Of a stretch of DNA of 42,545 nucleotides, positions 28,542-37,500 are shown piece by piece. The position numbers and the translations under genes are program-made. The first letter of the stretch is position 1. The number at the start of each line of letters is the position of its first letter. Where the stretch lies: the NCBI GenBank assembly GCA_017503165.1, contig JAFVTO010000195.1, positions 1 to 42,545 of the forward strand. Direction: 5' to 3'. The notes beneath the pieces were generated by a model that was not told the DNA's origin, did no database searches, and saw nothing but the letters and a program-made list of their open reading frames with translations. This DNA comes from Clostridia bacterium. Lineage in GTDB: Bacteria > Bacillota > Clostridia > Oscillospirales > CAG-272.

Positions 28542-31500
28542 TTATGAGTCTTTACTCATTTCCATCAAGCTATGAGCTACATATTCTGCGATCAATCGGT
28601 GTCCTGCAGAGTTAGGATGCAATCCATCCTCCATATAATATTCTCTTGTTTCCAGCAAGCTTGCATCCAAATCAAGATTCGAATACAAGTCAATTACGGA
28701 AACAGAATACTTTTCACACACATCCAATATGGCATTTACATATTCCTCAAGAGTATGGCCTGCACCATTAGGGATATAGTCAAATGTATGGGCTTCTCCT
28801 GTTGCAGAGTTTGTACCGAAGCCATATCTGTGAAGAGGCGTGATGAATACTAATTTGGAGTTTGGATATTTAGCCTGCAATGCGGGAATTATCACATTCA
28901 AAGCACCATAGAAGGATGTATCTGTCGTATCATCTATGGTACCGAGCGGTGTGTCATGACCGTAGTCATTTGTACCCATAAAGACAGTTATTAAGTCTGC
29001 TTCCGGGATTTCGTCATATCTGTTAATCAACGGATCATGTTCGATTCCGTAATCACTTGTAGAGCTTATACAGCTTCCGGCTATTCCCAATCCATCGGAG
29101 GAACCAAGCTCTAAGTAATCCTTTAAGAGCTCCCAATATTTTCTGTCATCACAATTCGTGCCTGCAGTTATACTGTCACCCACGAAGATAGCGGTCTTAT
29201 CTGTCCAAGGTCCTTTAACCGCTACTGCTTCGTTTGCAACAAAATACTTTGAGAACAAAACGTTGTCTGTATCACTTGTTATCATGATCATATCGCGCTT
29301 GATCTCATCAGCAGTTCTTATGTCACTGAATATGCTTGCTGAGTAAATTTCTCCCTTGAAGCTTTGAGCATTGATACGTGCGTCTGTTCCAATGTAGAAG
29401 TTACTTCCATCAAAAGGAACCTCGCAATCCAATGCTATAGTTTCATAAAGAACTCCGTCAATATACAAGCTACAGCTCAAGCCATCTATTGTAAATGTTA
29501 AATGAACAGCTTCATCAGAACGAACATCTGTATTAAACAGATATGAGTAGCTTACGTTATTAACCTTGTACCATAGACGAGGATTACCTTTAGTATAGAT
29601 TTCAAGGTTCATTCTTTCAGAAGCAGAGCCGTTGTAATTACCGAGAATTACGCCAGCTCTTTCTGTAATACCGGGGGAGAGCTTAAGCAAGATTTCAAAT
29701 GTCTTGGGATTCCTATCAAATGTACTATTGATCTTATAGTAGTCTTTTTCTGTCAATGCAGAGCCTGTGTTAAGATAATCATTCTTAATTATGCCGTTTG
29801 ACATATACGGAATATTGTAGTATCCGAGCACCCTTCCGCATTCATCGCAAACAACCTTTGCTGTTCCGTCAGTTGTAGGTGTTGTATCTGTAATAACCTC
29901 AAACTTACCCACTTTATGGAGATTTGATATATCAATATCCTTAGGATTGATATAATTAACAGATGCAAGCGCATTATCCTTATTCACAAATACCATATCC
30001 TGCTTGATTTCTTCTTCGCTTCTTGCATTATCAAAGAGATTTACAGAATAGATAGTTCCCTTGAAGTATTCTGTATTATTCTTTCTGAAGTCTCCGCCGA
30101 TATGATATCCATATGTCGATTCGGGTAAAGGAAGCGCAAGCTCCTTAACCTCCGTAAGCTTGCCGTTAATGTAGAGAGATGCAATAGTTCCATCAACACT
30201 GAGTGCTACGTGAATCGGCGTATCGGAACGAACATCTGTATCAAACTTACAGTCAACGGTTTCTGTTCCGTTTACATAATAAAGTCTGAGTTTGCCTTCC
30301 TTGAATACCTCAAAGCTTACGATAGGCTTGCTCTTGAAGTTATTGCTCAGAATAATACCGCCACGACCATTACAGTCGGGGGACAACTGAATTACAACCT
30401 CAAATGTATGAGGGGTTCCATTAAGGTTACAAATCAAGCCTCCGTAGAGCTTTTCATTGAAGCTTTGTCCCTTAAATTCGTTTTCCACACCGCTTGAGGT
30501 GTAGTAAGCAGAATACACAAGTGCTTCATCGTCCTTGCTACCGTGAATAATATCGTTTACGATTTCTTCGCTTGTTCTGATGTTGCTGAACAACTGTACG
30601 GAGTAGATAGTTCCTTTGAAATACTGTGCATTATTCTGGCGATAGTCACCGCCTATTGCAAAGCCTTCTGTTACGGAAGGTACGGGAACGGCGAGAGTGA
30701 TGCTCTCAACGAATACACCGTTTACGTAAAGTGAAGCTACTGTACCGTCAAGAGTTACCGTTATATGAGTAGGCTCATCCGAACGGACATCGGTTGTGAA
30801 TGAGTAATCGTATTTTGTACCGTTTGCTATATAGAACAGTCTTAACTTTCCTTCCTGCAAAATTTCAAGGCTTATGGTGTCGCTATAACTTTCCGTATAG
30901 TTACTTAAAATCACACCGCCTCTTCCATCATATGCCGTAGGAAGCTGGATCAAAGCCTCTATTGTAGCAAATGCGCTGTTAAGCTTACCGATACCGTGTA
31001 CGGTGGTTGAATTGAACTTTGTACCGCTAAGAGTATTATCTGTTACGTATTCGTGTGCATTATTTGAAGTAAAGTACTTAGATATGAGAAGGTCTTCAGA
31101 ATTTCCACTAATGTATTCCTTATCAGCCTTTATCTCATCAGCACTTCTTACGTCACTGAATACAGAAACAGAGTAAATAGTACCCCTGAATTTTTGAGAA
31201 TTGCCTTCTCTGTTATCTCCGCCTATTACAAATCCATCGTGTACATCGGGTAAAGGATTATACACATCTACCGTTTCTGCAAGAACCCCGTCAACATACA
31301 AGTTAACAGTAGAGCCATCAACTGTTACAGCTATATGAACAGGAGTCTTTGAACGTATGTCGGTGTTAAAGAGAATATCTGTTCTTATACCGTTGGTAAT
31401 ATAGAACAGTCTTACCCTTCCTTCTGTAAAGATTTCAAGGTTTATAGCGTCATCATCATAATAAGAAGAATAATTTCCGAAAATAATGCCACCGCGGCCA

Positions 31501-34500
31501 TTCTTATTATACTGAACAGTTGCCTCTATAGTCACCGGTGTCTTTTGGATCGTTACAGGAATCGGAGCGTTATTTATAAAGCCTAAGCCGGTGTTGTTAT
31601 CCGGGTTCATGCCCTCGACTGTGTGCTTTGTCTCTTCGGATTCAAGGAGCTTATGACAAACAACACATTCCTTATATCTGATTCCATTTTCAATAGGTGT
31701 TGCCACCTTTTCAACAATCCAATCACTGCTGTAATGCAGTGTTGTAATGACCTTCTGTTCCTTGCAGCAGGTACATTCTCTGTAGATCATTCCGTGCTCT
31801 GTTTCCGTAGCCTCTTTACGAATCTCATCACCGTAAGTATGTGTTACAACATCGGTAGTTGTGGAATACTTACCGATGGTTGAGAATATGCTGTTTGAAG
31901 CGCAAGTAGTTTCCTTGATTACCAGTGCAAAGTTTGGTTGGAAATACATTGAGCCGCTGTGGAAGTTACAGGAGTTAAGAAGAGACACGTAATAACGCTG
32001 ACCGTTCTTAACATAAGAGAACTGAAGATCCTTATTATGAACCTCTCCAAGCTCCCACTTGTTGATCGACTTGAATCCGATGTCAACACCTACTACAAGA
32101 TCGTCAAATGTGGTAGCATCAAAGGATTCCATATTTGCATAGATCTTATTGTTGGGATTCTTGTTGTTATGGAAAGCGTCTATGATCATCTGCTCGATCT
32201 GTGTGCCAAGGGGGAATTTACCTGAGTATTCAGCCGCATTGAATGTAAATACAATGTAATCCTCGGAATCATAAAGTTCTCTCAGATATTTGCAATATGG
32301 GTTATAAGTTTCATTCCATGAAAGTATATCGCCTGCAAAAGGGGTAAAATAGAACTCGAATACGTTATCATCCTTTGTTCCAATATAAACGATCTGCTCA
32401 TCCTCGGGGATTTCATCTCCTCTGCCAGCAAGAATAAGGTCGATCTGCTTTGTGGATCTTACGTTGATGATATTCTGGAATTCAATTATATGGTCCTTTT
32501 CCTCATACAGAGGCATAAGTCTTAAATAGTTTGTAGCAACGCGATAGATCTGCTCGTGATCGGAAATAATGGTCGCTGTCTGGAGTTTCCAGTTAGCATT
32601 GTATCCAGCATCCCTTATACCGTCAAGATTGGAGCTTGATGTCCATACCGCATTTTTATGAACGTTACCGTGCATATCAAGATAATGAGAAACGGCACAA
32701 AGCTTAACATGCATCATTTCTGAGCCGCTTATATCCCAATCATACTTTGTAAACGTAAGATAATCCGCTACCAATTTATCAGTTACGTATTCAGGATCGC
32801 AGGGGTCACTCATATGCTTTGTAAAGTATGGCTCGAGTCTGTCCTTTGACGTAAGAGGATAAGCTTCTTCATGAGCCATTACGTTTACATGTATTCCCAT
32901 TTTAGCTGCACAAACAAGGAGATAAGAGATACGAACAAATCCAAATTCATCATAATCCTTGGTAAGCTGACGCATATAACCGAAGTATCTGCTGTTACGG
33001 TTGATATTTACTGCTGCATCAACGGAGAATCTGTATGACGCAATGTCAATATATACCTCTTCCTCAGGGTTAGCCTGCTTATAAAGCATAGACTGGAATA
33101 TCATAAGTCCCTGACCTACGTTCATATTACCTTCTGGTCTGTAGTTCTGATATACGTAGGTATCAACGGTTACGTCATTACCGTTAATGTTTTTAAATAT
33201 AGTCTGCTCCCTGCTCATAAAGTTGGAGGACTTATCAAGAACAGGGAATGTATCGTATTTAGAGCTAATGAATCCGTCCTGTGAGTTTTCGGCAAGATTG
33301 AAGATCTCGTCAACAGATACGGGATTTTTGTGGGTTGTGGAAACAACACTTTCAATAGTTTCCTTATAATCCGTGTAGGAAGGAGCTTTATCCTGTATCT
33401 CGACTACAGCAACGAGGTTACCTTCTATTACAGTGCTCCAGTATTCATCGGTTATTTCCTCGGTATAGTCAAGATCGGAATAGGTTGATTTATTAAAGTT
33501 AACGGTAGCGTTTTTGGTATTGATCCAAAATACTTTTCCGCCTGATTCCACAGTATTGCCGGAAACCGTAAGACCAATTACATCAACTACAGTTCCCGCT
33601 TTTGTAACGTACATAAATCCGCCGTTTACCGCAGAGTTATCAGTTCCCGTGTTATTGTAGAATTTTGCAAGAGATTCTCCGGAAACGTAAATCGCACCGC
33701 CTACATTAGCTGCTACGTTGCCATCAAAATTACAATTTTGAACCTTTACTTCCTTACCGAATGTATAGATAAAGAGTGCGCCGCCGTTATCTGTTCTTGT
33801 GGCATTGCCTTTAAAGTTAGTATTGTAAAATTCTGCTGTTGCACCTTCATAGAGATATATACCTGCACCACTTGCAGCTGAACCGGTCTTGATATCACTG
33901 TTGTATATCTTTGTATCGCCAAATTTACTGTAAATAAAGCCACCGAAGGTTGCCATATTTTTGGAAGCCGTAATATCGTTAAGAACAACACTTGCATCTG
34001 TTCCTATGTATATACCACCACCCAAATAAGTATTATTCCTTGTAAATATACCGTTGTTTATTTCAAGCGAGCTTCCTGCAACAACACCGATAGCACCACC
34101 CGAGATTTCGGATTTGAGCCTTGTTGAGTTGGAAACGAAGGTAACGTCATTCATGTCAACATGGACACCGCCCGTAAGATATACAGCGCCGCCGTGATTA
34201 TTGGAATAGTTTGCTGAGAAGTCTGTTGCTCTTACGTTAAGCACATTGGTATCGCCCTCTATTGCGCGTCTGGTAGCATAGATGGCACCACCGCTTCCCA
34301 ATGATGAATTGCCCTTGAGTACGGAATCATTTACAATAACAGTACTGTTATTACCGTACGCGCTCGAATATGCAATGTAAATAGCACCTGCGTTGGTATT
34401 GGATGCGTTATTAGAAATAGTTGTATTATCCAACTCCAGTCGTGCGCTTCTTACGGAAATAGCACCTGCATAAGATGATGCGGTATTCGAATTGATCTTT

Positions 34501-37500
34501 GAATCCTTGATCTTAACAGTTGCATTACCGATCACATACATCGCTCCGCCTTCTCCGCTTGCAGTATTTTCCTCAAAGGTACAGCCACTGAAGCTGAGGC
34601 TGGACATATTATTTGTGTAAATTGCACCGCCGTTCGACGCGGAGTTTGCTATAAACTCGGAACTGAAAACATTCGAGATAGCACCGGATGTAAGCGACTC
34701 ATCAGTGTCAGTAAACACAGTGTAAGCACCGCCGTATGTAGCATTGTTAGATATAAAGCTACAGTTTTCTATCGTAACGATGCTGTGTCCGTAATCGGAT
34801 TCAAAGGTTTTGCTTGCATAAATAGCTCCACCGTATTGTGTAGAACTGTTATTAGAGAATGTGGTATTTCTGAGAATGAGCGTACCGCCTGCATAGATAG
34901 CACCGCCGCTACCAGACACTGTGGTATTATTATCAAAACTGCAGTTACCGTAGATAACTATACTGCTTTCACCGCTTGAGCAAATAACACCACCGCTTGT
35001 TGTACCTATGTTATCGCGGAATATTATCTGTTTATCACTTTCAAAGCCTATGTTAAGGTAACATGAAACGGACGAAGGCGAGTAGTATACAGCGCCACCC
35101 GATGTAAGGGCTTGGTTAGCTACAAATTCACCGCCATAGATCTTTACAATGTCGTAGTTATATACGATACCGCCGCGAGCTGCTTCATTGTACCGGAACA
35201 AACCGTCATAAATATTAAGGTTGCTCTGGTTATAGAACAAACCGCCTATGCTGGAAAGGCGTCCTTCTTCGTCAGTTGAGGTCTGCTCTCTTACTGAGTT
35301 ATTAGTATATGTGCCGCCATGTACGTTTACAGAACCCATTACGATAATAGCGAGCGATCCGCCTATACGCTCGGGTCTTGAAAGCCTGTACTTCGCATCA
35401 AGCGTCTTTTCGTTATTGTTCTTATGACAATTCCTAACGGTAAGGTTGTTGTAAAAATGTACTCTTGCACCGTTTACAACAAAGATAATAGAGCCGTGAA
35501 CGTCAACCGTCATATTGTCTTTGTTACCGTCAATTATAAGTAAATTATCAATGCTTGAGTTGGGATTACCGAGTGTTAAGGAAGCATCGCCCTTTGCAAG
35601 CATAGAGTTTACTCCATCAGCTGTTTCACCGACTACGAAGAATTCTCCGCCGAAATCGGGGGATCTTGTAATGACATGAGGAGCTGAGCTAAAGATAGTA
35701 GCACCGTAAGTAATGTAGTATGTACGGTCGATATCGAAATCAGAAACTATCTTTATGTACTTGGTTTTAGCTGCAATAGCATTTTCAAGCTCATCTGCGC
35801 TTGAAACCTCAACAGCAGAGCTTAGATCTAACCCGCCTGCATTTTCAGTTGCGGGGCTATTCGTTAAATCGTATTTAACAGTAAGCTTGCCGTAGAATGC
35901 GGAGAAAAAGTATGCGCTGTCAAGATTGGAGGTCTGTGCATCAATCCATGTCTTTTTATTAACGTAAACTGTTGCACCGGTATCGTTACCGTAAACGATA
36001 GGACCGTTATTTGCTGTATTATTTGAAACGGATATGCCATTGATAACTACCTCTGTATTGGTATCGGTAATATGCATAAATCCGCCTCTTAATGCAGAGT
36101 TAGAGGTTGCGCTTGTGTCGCAAAGCTCAATAATACTCTTTCCGCTTACACAGATCGCACCACCGAAGCCTGTTGCACTATTTTCTTTGAACGAACAATT
36201 CTGCGTAGTGGTTTTTGCACCGTTGGTGAAAAGATAGATCGCACCGCCGTCTGTTTCTGCGCTATTCGCCTGGAATAATGTGCTTACAATTTCTGCAGTT
36301 GCGCCGTCGCCCAGGCTTATTGCGCCACCGTTTGTTTCCGCGCTATTGAAAGTGAACTTTGATTCTCTTAAGAAAAGTGATGTATCCTCAACGTATATCG
36401 CACCGCCGGAATTGTCTGCGGAGCAAGCTTCAAATTCGGAGTAATTGATCGTAATATCAGAATCAAGAGCCGACACAGCACCACCGTTAAGATCAGCATA
36501 GCAAGACTCAAACGTGGTTGCTTCTACAGTAATGTCGCTGTTATGTGCATATATAGCACCGCCGTAGGTTGCATTACTTGAAGTAAACGTATCACCCGAT
36601 GCATCAAGTGATGAATGTTCAAGATATATAGAACCGCCGTACTCAGCAGAATTTGACGTAAAAACGTTATTACTTATGCTTAAAATCGAATCGCTAACAT
36701 ATATAGCACCGCCATTTACAGCTTCATTATCTTTGAAGGACGAGCTGTCTATTGCAGTGTTGAAACAAACAGTATAAATTGCACCGCCATTTTCTGCGTT
36801 ATTGGAGATAAACGATGTATTGGATACCGTAGTATCTGAATTAACGTCTATAAAGATCGCACCGCCGTTTGTAGCAGTGTTTTCCTGATATACACCTCCA
36901 AGTATGGAATTTCCTCCTACTGTGTAAATTGCTCCGCCCACGGTTGCGCTATTGGAGGTAAAGGTTCCACCTGCTATATTAACAGTTCCGTCCGTGATAT
37001 AAATTGCACCGCCGGCTTCAGCTGTGTTGGAATCAAATACTCCACCGTTTACAAAAAGAATTGATTCGTTATATATAGCCGCACCGGTTGTTGCGGTATT
37101 GGAGCTTATTTCACCGTCTGTTACGGTAAGGGTTCCGTTATTGTAAACAAGGCTTCCCGTATTATTCGTATAGCTTCCACCGATTATTTCAACAGTTCCT
37201 AAGTTGTTTATTATCTTTTCCTGCGTTGATGAATTATCTGTAATTGTACAGTTGAGAATTAATTGCCCACTCTCTTTAACTGTAATAACACCCGCTGTGC
37301 AGTTGTTGTTTGACACCGTTGCACTCTCGTACACGGTCACAGTTGCATTTGCATTAACGGAGATTGCAGATTCAGCATTTTCTATTCCCGAGCCGTTAAT
37401 AGTAATCAGATTCTTAGTTGCGTACCCCTCATTTCCAAACTCAAGGGAAACGGGAACTTCTTCACTGCCAACAGAGAACATGATTCCAATATAATCGTCA

